The position numbers and the translations under genes are program-made. The notes below the pieces were generated by a model. It did no database searches and was not told the DNA's origin. It was given only the letters and a program-made list of their open reading frames with translations. Below, piece after piece: positions 56,045-56,536 of a stretch of DNA of 56,536 bases. Location: the IMG/VR virus record IMGVR_UViG_3300036901_000031, positions 1-56,536 of that record. One strand, given 5' to 3'. The first letter of the stretch is position 1. The number at the start of each line of letters is the position of its first letter. This stretch comes from a virus (Duplodnaviria > Caudoviricetes).

Positions 56045-56302
56045 TCAACCACGGAGAGCCTTCGCTAAATTTTGAAGCTCGTTGCTCGCCCGCCCCAGCC
56101 CAGTCGAGTAGCCCGTCGCGAACCTGGCCTCGTCCGTGAAGTTCGTCCATTCCTCCAACTTCTCAGGGTCGCCAGCGATCACGTCAGCTTCGGCCCCGAA
56201 CCTTTCCGCTCGGCGACTGCTCTCCCTACTCTCGTCGTCAAACCACTTGGCAAGCCGCTCGATTGAGTAGAGGACAAGCTTCTCGGTCGTCGGTTCAGCC
56301 AT
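56045..56302 (-). CDS. hypothetical protein
   Basis: Likely start MAEPTTE after AAGGAG. Confidence 0.5.
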   Translation of the reverse strand: MAEPTTEKLVLYSIERLAKWFDDESRESSRRAERFGAEADVIAGDPEKLEEWTNFTDEARFATGYSTGLGRASNELQNLAKALRG

Positions 56303-56510
56303 CTGTTTCTCCTTCGCTAACCAGAGGATCAAGAGCACGCCGGGCTACATCGACTACATCGCCGGGGAACCTTGACTCGCACCCGGCTATCGCTTGGAGG
56401 GCTTCTCTTAGTCGGTCCCGTTCAACCCGACACTCGGCAAGCTCAGGTGCGCCGAACAGCCACCGGGCCAGACGATCAAGGGCCTCGGCTGAGACTTCCT
56501 CGACGCTCAA
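56295..56510 (-). CDS. hypothetical protein
   Basis: ORF in operon. Confidence 0.4.
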   Translation of the reverse strand: MSVEEVSAEALDRLARWLFGAPELAECRVERDRLREALQAIAGCESRFPGDVVDVARRALDPLVSEGETDG

Positions 56511-56536
56511 GCCCTCGCCGTCGAACCAGTCCTCAA

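Noticed and set aside
1-56536. Diversity-generating retroelement, retron or integrase
   Set aside because: No reverse transcriptase or recombinase motif and no adenine-specific repeat pair were found in the window

Overview
This is a 56.5-kb segment of a large tailed dsDNA bacteriophage, almost entirely coded on the minus strand. The host is probably actinobacterial; CysH and NlpC/P60 sequence style suggests Thermoleophilia/Solirubrobacterales, which is inference only. From left to right: (1) membrane and small accessory genes, a PLD-family nuclease, rIIA/rIIB and the metabolic genes pyrB and cysH; (2) an enzyme cluster with a nucleotidyltransferase-2H phosphoesterase fusion, a ~1,100-aa multidomain protein ending in a CCA-adding enzyme with HD domain, a PNK-like kinase, a 5'-nucleotidase, a dNMP kinase and a metallophosphoesterase; (3) portal, head-associated genes, terminase large subunit, tail genes and a lysis module; (4) a ~14-kb RNA island (37.8-52 kb); (5) a GC-rich array of small genes joined by identical 20-bp junction repeats. 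By manual folding, the RNA island holds 41 tRNAs covering all 20 amino acids (including Ile-UAU and Arg-GCG), an RNase P RNA, a tmRNA with an unusually long tag, and several aberrant tRNA-like RNAs and minihelices. It also encodes Pth2, a Nampt + NadM-Nudix NAD salvage pair and two HNH-type proteins. The most notable system is an apparently self-contained phage tRNA maturation, repair and ribosome-rescue kit. All calls come from motif reading without database searches, and RNA coordinates may be off by a few nt.
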